DNA of 64,000 nucleotides from Octopus vulgaris (Eukaryota): NCBI GenBank assembly GCA_951406725.2, contig OX597821.1, positions 6,944,001 to 7,008,000 of the forward strand, read 5' to 3'. Shown piece by piece: positions 12,100 to 25,380 of this stretch (position 1 is its first letter; each line of letters starts with the position of its first letter). The notes under the pieces were generated by a model. It saw only the letters and a program-made list of their open reading frames with translations, ran no database searches and was not told where the DNA came from. The position numbers and the translations under genes were made by a program.

Positions 12100-13958
12100 T
12101 TACAGTATGGCTGAAAACTTGGGGGAGAGAAAGTGGCAGGGGCAGTAGCGAAATATCTTCATCTAATAAAACACAGGCATTTGAATTGATAAGGTTTTTC
12201 TAAGGATTTGTGCAATACTTTTTAGCACAATCTTTAGGATTTCTCTGACACATGGTTCTCCTGGGATATTGTCTAGATGTTTTTGACATCCTTTTCTTAT
12301 CATATCTAGGGTACCCACAATAACAGGAGCAGTTGTACTTTAAGAGGCAACATCAATTTCTAGGTCCTTATCTTTATAGATTTATTTTTATCAGCGGGGA
12401 CACTTACACCTATTAGTCTACAAGTATTTTCAGCCCTGTCTTTAATGACTGTGTCTGGTCGATTATCTTGGATCGTTCTGTCGATGTTGATTGGAAAATC
12501 CCAGAGGATAGCGACATTTTTACCTTCAACAACTGGTTCAGGATGATGTTCGTGCGACTAAGCAGAAGCGTTGATTTTGTAGTGCTTAAATATTTCCCAA
12601 TGTAAATATTGTCCTACCCTATCGTGGCGATTTTTGAATTCGTTTGGTGTCAGTACAGGACATCTCGAGACGAAATGGTTTATTATTTCGTCAAATATAT
12701 CAAAGAATCTGCATTTAGGGTCAGAACAGTTTTGAAGAAAGTTAACCTGGTAGTTTTTGGTAAGCAAGCTTTATTCTTGTGTCGCTAATATGAAACTTTC
12801 AGTCCCTGCCTCAGTCCCGAGCTTCTCAGCCACCGATGGGTTGTTGTTTAGTCTACATCAGCATTTCGGCTTCAAATTATATGCTGTCCATGCAGAGGCT
12901 TCTGGCTTCACTGCTCTTCAATTTGTTTCTGACCGTTCTTTTTTTGCATTCTGTTCGATCCGTTTTGCTTGTTTAGTGGCAGTGATTTCAGGTTCTTCGT
13001 TTAATTCAGAGTTAATGCCGAGTTCTCTTGCGAATTTATAAGCTTCCTTGACAATAGAATGTGAGGTTTTGCTGCTTTCGCGTTTGCACAGAAGCCGCGG
13101 CATCCAGTCCTCTGTACTAGATAAGTACCTGTTCATTGTTAGTGTGGAGGTCCTATAGCACAGCTCTACCTGCATCATTCCTCTTCCTCCGTTACTTCTA
13201 GCTAGGTACAGACGATCAACGTCTGCTTTTGGGTGGTACATGTTCTTAGATGTTAGTACATTCCTTGTTTACCTGTCCAGGTGTTGGAGTTACGTAAGAT
13301 TCCGGTTAATGATGTTAAAATTGTATTGGACAACTGGAAGTGACAGGATGTTAATGGCTTCCATGTGATTTTCGGAGTTGAGTTCAGTTTTTGTATGAGT
13401 CTTACTCCCCTGTTGATTTTGTAGTGCTTAAATATTTTCCAATGTAAATAATGTCCTACTCTATCGTGGGGATTTTTGAATTCGTTTGGTGTCAATACAG
13501 GACATCTAGAGACGAAATGGTTTATTATTTCGTCAAATATATCAAAGATAGGGCTGAAAATACTTGTAGACTAATAGGTGTAAGTGTCCCCGCTGATAAA
13601 AATAAATCTATAAAGATAAGGACCTAGAAATTGATGTGGCCTCTTAAAGTAAAACTGCTCCTGTTATTGTGGGTACCCTAGATATGATACGAAAAGGATG
13701 TCAAAAACATCTAGACAATATCCCAGGAGAACCATGTCTCAGAGAAATCCTAAAGTTTGTGCTAAAAATTCTTATCTTTTCCTTCATAGTAGCATGTTGT
13801 ATATCATTTTCTTCCTTTATTCCCAGGTATTTATAGCTTTCTTGTGGATCAAGCTCCTTGATGATAGTGTCGATATCTAATTTAATGGAAGCTGTTTGCT
13901 TGAGTTTGCCTTATCAAGGCCAAACTCCATCCCGATGTCATTGCTGAACTCTTTAACA
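12100..13958 (-). mobile_element. R4/Dong-clade non-LTR retrotransposon 3' part (RT end plus restriction-like endonuclease), degenerate and internally rearranged
   Basis: DIGMEFGLDK, SYKYLGI, YHPKADVDRLYLARSNGGRG, a decayed CCHC segment (CRFF..HFVSRCPVL), RHDRVGQYLHW, and ILWDFPINIDRTIQDNRPD. Confidence 0.85.
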
Positions 13959-14130
13959 GGTGTAGGAGTGGCTGCGTGGTAAGTAGCTTGCTTACAAACT
14001 ACATGGTTCCGGGTTCAGTCCCACTGCGTGGCACCTTGGGCAAGTGTCTTCTACTATAGCCTAGGGCCGATCAAAGCCTTGTGGGTGGATTTGGTAGACG
14101 GAAACTCAAAGAAGCCCGTCGTATATATAT
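13959..14130 (+). mobile_element. SINE family A, 5' half
   Basis: tRNA-like head TGGCTGCGTGG (A box) and GGTTCAGTCCC (B box). Confidence 0.85.
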
Positions 14131-14134
14131 ACAG

Positions 14135-14345
14135 ATATGTACTAAGAATATCTCGGGAAAGGATCGCTGGAGAGGCTTTACTAGCAAAACCAACCGGGAG
14201 GAGAACCTAAGGCAGACCCTGAGCGAGATGGTTGGATAACATCCATAGACTCGGTTGGTTTCGCTTGGGGACCCAACCGGATCAATTGGCTCTGACAGGA
14301 ATCTCTCAGGAATAAGTGGGTAAAGAAGATGAAATGGTGCTGAAG
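14135..14345 (+). mobile_element. RTE-like LINE extreme 3' fragment
   Basis: ALLAKPTGRRT*GRP*ARWLDNI resembles the RTE C-terminal GxRxxGRPxxRW motif. Confidence 0.5.
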
Positions 14346-15129
14346 ATGTTTATGAATGCATGTCCTTGTTCACTTTTATTACAAAATCTCTATTGAGAAA
14401 GAGCCGGTTTCTAACCTAAATCCAAGGTTCTTTCACTGGAATTTCAACAACTTCAACAGGCTATTCTTGTACGCTTATCTATTGTATGTTCTGTTTAATC
14501 TATGTATTCTCATATATATAACTGTATGTCTAGACATGCTCATATATACTTAGATAATAAACTTCTGGAAAGTTTTATAGATTTTTACAGTTCCAATGAT
14601 GACTTGGATCTGTAGTCTTCGAATCAGTTTTCTCCTTTCTGGCTTTGAGAAGCTTAGTATGTATGTATGTACGTATGTATTTATGTTTGTATGTATGTAT
14701 GTATTTATGTTTGTATGTATGTATCTATCTATCTATTTTGACGGTTACCTACTTGGTAGAAAAGATGTTTTAACCATCATCCTTTAAATCTTAAGAACGT
14801 CTGGCAAATTTTTATAGTCCCAGATATCGTGATCAGATCATTTGTAGTGTATGAATTAAGGATTTGCGTTCTCATCCCAAGATCCCTAGTTCAGCCATAC
14901 TTTACTCCAGACGTGCTGGTATGTATCCTGTTGTTCCAACAATAACAGGTATGTATGTATGTATGTATGTATGTATGTATGTATGTATGTATGTATGTAT
15001 GTATGCATGCACGTAAGTATGCATGTATGTATGTATAAATGTATTCCAGCGGGGTGACAAGTTATAAGAAGCTATGTTCAGCCGCTAACATTGAAGAACT
15101 CAAAGGTAAGTCAGAGAGTGAATCAACAT

Positions 15130-15520
15130 TTACTCTCTTACATGTTTCAGTCATTTGACTGCGGCCATGCTGGAGCACCGCCTTTAGTCGAGCAAATCGA
15201 CCCCGGGACTTATTGTTTGTAAGCCCAGTACTTATTCTATTGGGGTCTTTTGCCAAACCGCTAAGTGACGGGGACGTAAACACACCAGCATCTGTTGTCA
15301 AGCAATGCTAGGGGGACAAACACAGACATACAAACACATACACACACATACATATATATATATACAGATATACACGACGGGCTTCTTTCAGTTTCCGTCT
15401 ACCAAATCCACTCACAAGGCAGTGTTCGGCCCGGGGCTATAGCAGAAGACACTTGCCCAAGATGCCACGCAGTGGGACTGAACCCCGAACCATGTGGTTG
15501 GTTAGCAAGCTACTTACCAC
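15130..15520 (-). mobile_element. SINE family A
   Basis: Near-full reverse copy. Confidence 0.9.
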
Positions 15521-16101
15521 AATCCCTAATTGATAATGAATTAAACGTCAATACACGTGAGGGTGTATGAAGAAAGAAAGAATCAAAGAGTTAAGGAAGA
15601 AAATGGGTAAAGAAGATGAAACGATGATGATGATGATGTATATGTGTGTATGTCATTCAGTTTTATTTCAAGATTTCTTGCCAACAGAGAAAGAGCCGGT
15701 TTCTAACCTGACAAATCGTGTAGTGAAACGAAATGCTTCTTGCATAGCTGAATCGGCTGCACCTGCACACAAGTGGGTGCAGTGGTTGCATGCTTGACAG
15801 AGGAAATATAAAACAGGTTATACAGTGTGGGCCAAAATATAGCAGATGTTAACGGGTGGCATTACTGCTGCTTGGTAACGATAAAGAGGGCGATATTGAC
15901 GGATGGTGACGGATGGTGACGGAAGGTGACGGGAGGGGATCTTAAGACAACAGCTGGTGAAGGGAGTGCCCCCATAATAACGACTGTGCGTAAAACATAT
16001 AATATATAAATAGATATGTATATATATATGTATATGTGTGTATATGTGTTTGTGTACATATGTCTGTATGTGTGTGGGCATGTATATGTACTACACACAC
16101 A

Positions 16102-16138
<37 letters not shown>

Positions 16139-16171
16139 AATCAGTTGTTTATTCATATATGTGAATATATT

Positions 16172-16550
16172 CTTCTACTTGTTCCAGTCATTTGACTGCG
16201 GCCATGCTAGGGCACCACCTTGAAGAATTTTAGTCGAACGAATCGACCCCCAGCACATTTATTTAAGCGTGGTACTTATTTCATCGATCTCTTATGCCCA
16301 ACCATTATGTTACGGTGACGTAAACACACCAACACCGGTTGTCAAATGGTGAAAAAGGAGCAAACACAGACACAATCACACACACACACACACACATACC
16401 ACGGGCTTCTTTCATTTTCTGTCTACCAAATACTCTCACAAGGCTTTGGTCGGCCCCAAGCTGTAGTAGAAGACACTTGCCCAAAATGCCAGGCAGTGGG
16501 ACTGAACCCGGGACCATATGGTTGGGGAGTACAGCCACGCTTGCACCTAT
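16172..16550 (-). mobile_element. SINE family A (older copy)
   Basis: Diverged reverse copy. Confidence 0.8.
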
Positions 16551-16838
16551 TCGTAAATGCTCATTCGTCAATGTATACATGAGTGCTTGTAATATGTATA
16601 TGCTCACCAGTATGTGTAGATGCATATTGGATTTATTTGTTAACTGGTTGTGCCTACGTACATAGATATTTAATGAATTATATCAGCCTTTACCTCACAA
16701 CACCTCTCCACTCCTAAAATCCTGCCTCTAAATAGCCCCCGCTTTTACCCATCCTGTCTGACACGTTAAAATATACTTCCTCACATAACACATTAACATA
16801 CATACATGTAATCATACATGCATACATATATACATCTA

Positions 16839-16872
<34 letters not shown>

Positions 16873-16982
16873 CGCGTGTGTATTTATATATGTGCGTGTA
16901 TGTATGCATGTATGTATATATTTATGTATCTAATTATATACATACATTATACACTCACATACATATATACATATATAACTAA

Positions 16983-17015
<33 letters not shown>

Positions 17016-17055
17016 CGATCGTACCAAATTACAGGAGTCATTCTTGTTGCTTATT

Positions 17056-17129
<74 letters not shown>

Positions 17130-17423
17130 CACACACTCACGCACTCACACACACACATACACATATATCCGTTTTAAAAAACCTGTTTTGCCTACGCAGG
17201 CCACTAAGGTGAGTCGCAAAGAGTTGGTCAACTTGTTTGATGCGGCATGATACAGCAGCTAAAATCTCCCTCAATATACTTACTATAAACTAGTGAGAAC
17301 ACATATTAGGTATTCTAGCCCACGATACATAATGTCCATATAAGTACGACGGTCATGACTGGAACGGCGTTTGATCATAGGTCCGTCAGTTTTATATACG
17401 TAGACTGCTCGAAGACCAAACAT

Positions 17424-17585
17424 TTAAGCAAGTTCTGATAAACAAGCTCTGGTCCACGGACGTGTTGTCCTCTTTCTGCCTGTTTTCTTTACTACGGCTT
17501 CTACAGAAGTAGGAGCTGTGATCTCCTTTTGGGTTTTATCTCTTCTTTGTAGAGACATAATAGTTGTTGGAGACTGAATCATTTT
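17424..17585 (-). CDS. Candidate terminal exon of a minus-strand orphan gene (KMIQSPTT...GRKRTTRPWTRACLSELA*)
   Basis: Acceptor ctaaatttcatcttcccatacAG followed by 54 open codons ending in TAA. Phase 0. Confidence 0.3.
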   Translation of the reverse strand, partial: KMIQSPTTIMSLQRRDKTQKEITAPTSVEAVVKKTGRKRTTRPWTRACLSELA

Positions 17586-18064
17586 CTGTATGGGAAGATG
17601 AAATTTAGTCCACTCAGACTAAATTACATGCAAACATGTAATTGAAAGCCAGACCTTCGAATTATTGGTCAGTAGCGTAGGAGTGGGAGACAAAAAGGCG
17701 GTCCGCTCAGAACGATGAGTTTATGGCGGCGTTCACTTTTGGATCTGCCGTTTAAGCTTGTATAAGCTGTGTAGAACCCAGCGGAGGGCAGCAAATTCAG
17801 TGGCTTCACACATCGGTACACATACAAGCTATACCATTATTCTAGGTACAATCCATCAGACGGGCTCCGAAAATATTTGTTTATTCAGAGTCTATCACAA
17901 GGTTTGGATCAAGCTGAGACCATGGTAGAGGCATTTATTCAACATAGCACATCGTGATATCGAACCCAAGTCCGAGATTTCATGTTTGTGAGACGATCTT
18001 CTTAACCATCTAACCGCGCCTACATCAATATGTATGTATGAAAGTATGTGTGTATGTATGCGTT

Positions 18065-18140
<76 letters not shown>

Positions 18141-18279
18141 CCTATTTATCTAGCTAGCTAGCAAGATGTCTACCTCTCTATTTATTTATGTATCTACCTA
18201 ACTAACCACATATATGTATATATTATATACATGTGTATATGTATATATGAATACGTTTATATGCACACACACACACACA

Positions 18280-18331
<52 letters not shown>

Positions 18332-18632
18332 TCCACCTCCATCCTACATTATTTTATATAACTCATCTAACATGAAATGTCATTACCTATCTTTGGACTT
18401 TATAAAATAAAGGTATTTGACCAAGTTACAATATTAAACTTAAAGGAAAATGAAATCCCTATTTGAAACAAATATGCAAAAACCATTCATATCTAGAAAT
18501 TGGTAGAGTTAACCATGATGATGGCGCTACGTCCCTTGAGGATGGCGACGCTTCTGTACAGTAGGCGGAAGCTTGCGCGCAGTTATCTTTTATTTATTTA
18601 TTTATTTATTTATATATTTCAAGAAGACTCAC

Positions 18633-18728
18633 AGTTGTTGTCCATGTCTTCGAGTTTCCTTTGTCTAAGGAAAGGCAATCGGTTTGACAGCGGCAACATC
18701 GCAGTCGTTGCAGCCAAGACGTAAAGGA
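18633..18728 (-). CDS. Candidate internal exon, 96 nt (SFTSWLQRLRCCRCQTDCLSLDKGNSKTWTTT)
   Basis: Acceptor tgttttccAG, strong donor GTGAGT, length divisible by 3, open in phase 0. Confidence 0.35.
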
Positions 18729-18784
18729 CTGGAAAACATTCTATAAGACATCTTTCCCGCCTCTTTTTTGTTCTTTTCCCTTTG

Positions 18785-19192
18785 CTTCTACTTGTTTCAG
18801 TCATTAGACTGCGGCCATGCTGGGGCACTGCCTTGAAGAATCTTTGGTCGAATGAATCAACCGAAGTATTTTTTTTTAAACTGGTTCTTATTCTATCGGT
18901 CGCTTTTGCTGAACCGCTAAGTTACGGGGACATAAACACACCGATACTGGTTGTCGAGCGGTGGTGGGGGACAAACACAGACACGAAGACAAACACACAC
19001 GCATACATACACACAGACACATACAGATGCAGCGGGATTCTTCCTGTTTCCCTCTACCAAACCCACTCACAATGCTTTCATCGGCCCGAGGTCATAGTAG
19101 AACACTTGCCCAAGGTGCCACACAGTGGAATTGAACCTGGAACCATGTGGTTGGGAAGTAAGCTTCTTATTACACAGCCACGCTTGCGCCTA
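18785..19192 (-). mobile_element. SINE family A
   Basis: Diverged full-length reverse copy; accounts for ORF 18782-19318. Confidence 0.85.
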
Positions 19193-19517
19193 ACAGTGCC
19201 TTCAACCCATCGTCCTGGAATGATGCTTCTTTTTTATCTTTATCGAACACGGGAAGTAAAACGCAAAATTGACTTCGGCGGGATGCGAACTCACAGGGCA
19301 AAGAATCGCAACAAATAACTCGGGACACTCTAATCATCCACCGCCCTCAACCAGAAACTGTTTGAGCAAATCCAAGTCAGAAAGTGCAGAGGTCACCAGT
19401 TTGACACTAAATCACCTAAATACTAAATGATGTATCTGTAATCAAATTGCCGACACACCGAAAGGAAATGATAGAACAATTCAAGCTATGTACATTAGAA
19501 TGTTTTAAAACAGGATG

Positions 19518-19702
19518 GGTGCACGGTTTACAAGGAAAGATTGAATTGACTCATGGTGGATATATAAAAAATGCATTTACTTTTTACTTTTGTTTGTAGT
19601 CATGAAATATAATACACTAAATACCTGTATTAAACATCAAAGAGTAAGAAAATGGAAAATTATGAAAATGATTTCGGAATACGAAATTTGAAACCGTGCA
19701 CC
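19518..19702. mobile_element. Possible small MITE
   Basis: 12-bp perfect inverted repeat GGTGCACGGTTT / AAACCGTGCACC around an AT-rich core. No clear TSD. Confidence 0.35.
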
Positions 19703-19866
19703 ACTGATTGCAGCAGCGATAACACTAGATATCTATAAAGAATTTAAATGTGTGAGGAATTAAAATTTAGGATTGCACCGTATAAAAGAGCATTGAAGAG
19801 ACTCTTTGCAAAAAGACACTAAATTGGTCTTCTAGAGGTTTCGATAGAACCGACGCAGAACAGTAC

Positions 19867-19932
19867 CATCCAAAGAAGCAATAAGACCACACAAGATATT
19901 TTGAAATATGTATTTTTCTTAATAGTCCTCAT
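19867..19932 (-). CDS. Candidate first coding exon (MRTIKKNTYFKISCVVLLLLWM), signal-peptide-like
   Basis: First ATG after the acceptor ttttccctccAG (exon from 20062), with A at -3. The donor ATG|GTACTG is weak. Phase 0. Confidence 0.25.
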
Positions 19933-20529
19933 CCTTAAACTCAAGACTAGCCAAACCAATGATACTGAGAAGCACCGTACAATACTCAATATAATTGTCT
20001 GTCTCTGAATGTTATATGTAAGATTGAATATCCTTATTTATTTTTACACGATTACTAAGAACCTGGAGGGAAAATGGGATCATGAAACTGCGTGGAACAT
20101 CCGTTTCCTGTGTAAATAAGAAATCATGACAAATCGTAGCAATATAACTTTAGTGTGGCTTTCATCGTTCTTAAAAAGGAAATCAAAGTTTATGGATAAC
20201 ATAAACCATAAAGAACGTAGTTAGTGGAACCTATGGGAATATACTTCTACGGGTATATAAATCTATGGGTTTATACATCTGTGGGCATATGCTAATATGG
20301 GTGAATACATCTGTGGGTATATAACAAAAGTGTGGCACAGGGAGACGACAAAGAAACGTAGAGACAATAGGTGAAAAAATACATAAAATACACACACACA
20401 AGCTCACCCCTCATCAGTTTTCGGAAAGAGCCGGAACAACTACCGCAAAGCATTTCTTCAAACGGTCTGGCGATTCTTGAGTATGATGATGATGGTAGTG
20501 GTGGTGGTGATGATGATGATGATGATGAT

Positions 20530-20632
<103 letters not shown>

Positions 20633-20853
20633 GTAAATAATAATCTTTTTCTACTAAAGCCTGAAATTTTGGTGAGAAGCGGCAAGTTGATGTCATCGAC
20701 CCTAGTGCTCAACTGGGACTTCATCAACTCCGAAAAGAAGAACGGCGAAGTCGACCTTGTAGAATTTGTGCTCAGAACGTAAAGAGACGGAAGAAATGCC
20801 GTTAAACATTTTGTCCAGCGAACTAACGATTCTGTCAACTTGCCGACTTTAAC

Positions 20854-20900
<47 letters not shown>

Positions 20901-20902
<2 letters not shown>

Positions 20903-21188
20903 TCTGAAAATAGAGGTAACTCGAATGTGAAGCATAGGTGCATTAAATATGATAAAAAATATTCAGACAAATACATAACAAAAACACCAGAACTAACAAG
21001 TATATATAACATACAAGAAATAGCACTACTAGGCACCGTAAACATCTTACGTAGAACACTTTCAATACAATGAATATAAGAGTACCACAGCAAGCCACAG
21101 CACATACCCAAGGCACACAGGGCTGCGCTCGGTAGTGCAGTGAAAGCACTTGATAAGAATAAGACTACTGAATAATAATAACAATAAT
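20901..21188 (+). mobile_element. R4/Dong-like 3' end inside (AAT)n
   Basis: IQEIALLGTVNILRRTLSIQ* matches the R4/Dong C-terminal LQKxxLLGTxxILR motif. (AAT)n on both sides. Confidence 0.7.
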
Positions 21189-21584
21189 GAGTTCAAATTT
21201 TGACACAAGGTAAGCTTGTTTGGAGGAGGGGGTTAAGTCGATTCCATCGACCCTAGTGCTCAACTAGTACTTATTTTATCGACCCCGGAAGAATGAAAGG
21301 CAGAGTCGACTTCGGCGGAATTTGAATTCAGACGAAATACAGCTAAGCATTTCGCAGGGCGTGCTAACGTTACTGCCAACTCGCAGCCTTAATAATAACA
21401 ATAATAATAATAATAACAACAATAGCAACAACAACAACGACAACAAAAACAATAATAATAATGATAATGATAATGGCTGTTACTTTATTGGTCACATGGT
21501 CGTAGAGGCTTTCAGATTGCCAAATAAAAATCGATCAGCTAACGTAAAGAACCCCATCACTACTGCAAAAAATTAGGTATTTTA

Positions 21585-22481
21585 AACTACCACAACCACT
21601 ACCACCAGTACACTCACCACAACTACAACTACCACCACCACATTCGCCACTGCACTCATCACCACCAGATGTGTCATTGCTACTGTCATCACTAACATTC
21701 CTTTCACCATCATGACAACAACAACCACCACCACAACTATCACCACCATTACCGCACTACAACCTATACCACCACCACCACTACCTCCAACACCACCACC
21801 ACTACAACCTCTACTACCACGGCCACATCTGCCATCACTACAAGCATCACCACCATCACCACAACAACCACCAAAGCATCAACAGCCACCACCACCACCA
21901 CTGCCACCACCACCACCACCACTGCCACTACCATCACCACTACTACCACCTGTACACTACCATCACTTATACCATCAATACTATGATTATCACCTCCAGC
22001 ATCATTTTCCTGACTGCCGCTGTCATCATCATCATCATCATCATTATCATCATCATCACCACCATTACCACCACCACCACTACCACCACTACCACCAAAA
22101 ATAACAGCAACAACAGCAGCAGCAGCATCATACCTATCCTTTCACATTCCGCTCCCTCTTTTATTTCTCCCCCTACACGTCCTCCTCCTCCTCATCATCA
22201 CCATTATCATAAATATTATCATCATCATCATTCTCCTCATCGTCGCCATCGCCGTCATTGTCGCCGTCATTGCCGTCGCCATCGTCGACGTCATCATCAT
22301 CGTTATCATCATGTCATCACCATTATTGTCCTCTTCCTTCTCCTCCTCCTCCTCATCATCATCCTCATCATCATCATCGTCATCATCATCATCATCATCA
22401 TCATCATCAGCATCATCATTCTTCTCATCATCATCATCATCATCATCGTCATCATCATCGTCATTATCATCATCATCATCG

Positions 22482-22516
<35 letters not shown>

Positions 22517-22548
22517 GTCATCATCATCATCATTATCATCATCATCAA
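21585..22548. repeat. ~1-kb compound trinucleotide low-complexity tract, (ACC)n then (ATC)n
   Basis: Direct reading; produces poly-P/H/S/I/D pseudo-ORFs in several frames. Confidence 0.95.
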
Positions 22549-23216
22549 TAAATAATGCATAAAGTTCCAAAACATCACGTTTCTTACAGGTCTTCGACAC
22601 TGCAAATGTTTGGCTCGACACAAATATTTGACCCTTACCCCGAAAATCAACCCAACCCAACCCAACCCAACCCTATCCTAACCCTAACCCCACATTCTTC
22701 AGATACCTATAATGTTTCTGCTTCCAAAAGATAGTCTTTCATACTCTTTGGAGTGAAATACAGCCTCGCTAAAACACCTGTTAACTTTAAATTATTTACA
22801 AACTGCTCTAGCTACCAGCAGGTTACCCGTAGATTTTATATAATAGTGTTGTTATTGTTGTTTAACCCCAAGTAAGTTCTGATGGAAGGCATTCCGGGCG
22901 TAGTCATTCCGCTTCCTTCTACGAGTAGAAATCCTAAAAGTACGGCGGTGTGGAGGTGGAGACTGATGGGGGTGGCGGGATTTATCTACCAGTGAGCGAT
23001 ATTAAAAAGAGTGCATTTTGCATCAAAAGCCAATGTAAGAGTTTCTCTCGTGGCATCATCCGCAGTATAGATTGTTCTAACAGAACATCGGTGTTTAAGT
23101 GGGCATAAATATTATCTTTGGGTATTATTACTGCCTCTTTCACTAATACATATTTTTAACAAGCTCACTGGCTAATCCTGACACCAGAGCCTGTTCTGGC
23201 ACTATTTTATTAAATA

Positions 23217-23599
23217 CTAGCAGTATCGCCCGGCGTTGCTCAGGTTTGTAAGGGAAATAACTATAAAGCATTTTTAGAGAGTTATAGCCAAAAAATAGCA
23301 AAATAATGGGAAAAAAATTATGGTAAATTTTTTTTGAGTTAAAAAAGGTCGAGTTGCGTCCCTTAGACAGTCTGTGGTTTGTGTTTCTGATTCTCGACCC
23401 CATGTCGAATTTATCGATTTTTTTCAGAACTGGGGGAACTTTTCAAAATTTTCGCTGCGTTAGTTTTGAATTATGACATTGGGCTATGTGTGTGTCAAGT
23501 TTCATCAGAATCGGTTGAAAGCCGTGGTCAGGGTGAGGGTACAACCAAACAGACACACAGAAACACACACAGACAAACTGCCGTTTATATAGAGAGAGA
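23217..23599 (-). mobile_element. Non-autonomous Helitron
   Basis: On the minus strand: 5' TC, 3' CTAG, a subterminal GC hairpin (GAGCAACGCCGGGCG), inserted between A and T, no TSD. Confidence 0.75.
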
Positions 23600-23899
23600 T
23601 TGCTGGTAGAGAGATGAGTCGATGCTATCTCTAACGGTTAAGCTTCCATCAGTGACAAGACCAAATAAGATCGAAATCACATGATCTGGAGGTCCCAGCG
23701 CTGGAAATGGAGGGGTTTATCTCCACGTTAGTGGTATAAACAAAAGTGCATTTTAGCACTAAAAGCCGGTATCAGAGCATCTCTCATGGTATCTATCGCA
23801 GTATAAATTCTTCTTCTGCAGAACATCCACGTTCAAGTTGCGATAAATATTACCTCTCAGTAGCATTAATACTGCCTTTGTTGCTAAAGAATATCCTGT

Positions 23900-24425
23900 A
23901 TGTTATGGTTAAGTCATTTTTCTCTATAGTTCGATGATATATCCGACGTTGATTTATTCAAATAAGGTATGGTGTAATAAGCACAATTATTTAACCAACA
24001 AAATTTTACTTTATCAAAAACAGTTCTTGAGAATATCAGAAGGAACGCACCGTTTAGCACATACCAGTCCTCTTTTCAAAAACTACAAGATTTCAAATAT
24101 CTTCCACTTTGATAAGAAAAAGCTATCATTATTTGATCATAAAAACCAACTTGATACATACATGATTTTCTTATCGAGGAAAATGACCAACTTCGAAATG
24201 AATGGTAAGGAAAATAGAAATCAGAAAAAGATATTCATTGATGGGATTAGTCGAAATATATCAGAGAACATGTTAGATTTTGCTGCATGTTCTGTGTACA
24301 ATGGTTTGCCTGATGATATCAAAGCTACACAAAATATCAATACTTTTAATCGAAAACCAAGACGGTTTAATTATAATGAGATCGAGAATGCAGTGAAAGG
24401 TCAAAATTTGTTGATCCCGCCTTGA
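23900..24425 (+). mobile_element. L2/Crack (CR1-group) LINE RT C-terminal remnant
   Basis: IYPTLIYSNKVW..KILLYQKQFLRI...HTSPLFK...YNGLPDDIK resembles the CR1-group C-terminal pattern. Confidence 0.65.
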
Positions 24426-25380
24426 TGTTGATTTGCTTTGACCACATACCATCCTTACACAGGGAATAGAAACATAAACTCTTCTACTATTAATCTCCTT
24501 TTGATTAGATTGAACCTTGTTACGTCCACTCGGGTGTCGATAAGGTAATAATTAGGATAATTACGTTCACAAAATATCTTACAATTATTATTGTGCTTGA
24601 GGTTGTCTCTGACCGGTAGGCTGTGCGCTAATAGTCGTTTCTATTGAAGCACATCACTCACTCATAACCTAACTAAAAAGAAAACGCGAGTAAGGTATTA
24701 TTTGAGGAAGACTTGACTGTTATCTTTATCAAACAGGCTGAATGACTATATAGAGGCTGCTACGTTGTCTAGTGCGATAATGCGTTAGGATATGTGGTGT
24801 CAGAAAGACGCCATATTGTCGCGTGTTTTTGATTAGATGTTACAGACGACCATTTCTCCTGTGTACTGGAATTACGTCTTTCTTTCAGTGTTATGACTGG
24901 TCCACTCCGTTTGTATTAGATCATCTGCTAAATAACAACAACAACAACAACAACAACGACGACGACGACGACGACCACGGTTATGATTACGATGACCAAA
25001 ATAATTGCAACTACAGCAACGACGACGGATACAAACAAATCAACGACAATTGATTTGACCAAAGAGGCCAAATAACAACATCAACGATTATTTTAGCGCT
25101 AAAAGTGAATTCTCTAAAACAAGAGCAACCACAACCACCACCATCACAACTACTGCAACAACAACAACGGCCAGCGCCAGTACCTCCAAATTGACAACAA
25201 CAGTAACAACAACGATGAAAGCAACATTGTATGTGTCAACGAGAAACACTCCATTTGCTTGGAATATCAGCCAAATTCGCCCACCACCCTGAAATTACCG
25301 TCTTGCGTCTTAGAAGAGAAAGAAGGACGCATTGCTGCAACAACAACAGTAGCGGCAGCAGCAGCAGCAACAGCAACAGC

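Noticed and set aside
18782-19318. 178-aa ORF and similar recurring peptides
   Set aside because: Antisense read-through of SINE family A, repeated across many copies.
20230-20322. ~16-bp degenerate tandem (ATCTATGGGTATATAC-like)
   Set aside because: Ordinary minisatellite with no further signal.
21712-22665. Long Pro/His/Ser/Asp-rich ORFs
   Set aside because: Pure trinucleotide tracts that are open in most frames on both strands, with no splice or domain evidence.
22649-22692. Telomeric repeat
   Set aside because: Only about two CCCTAA units within an (AACCC)n microsatellite.
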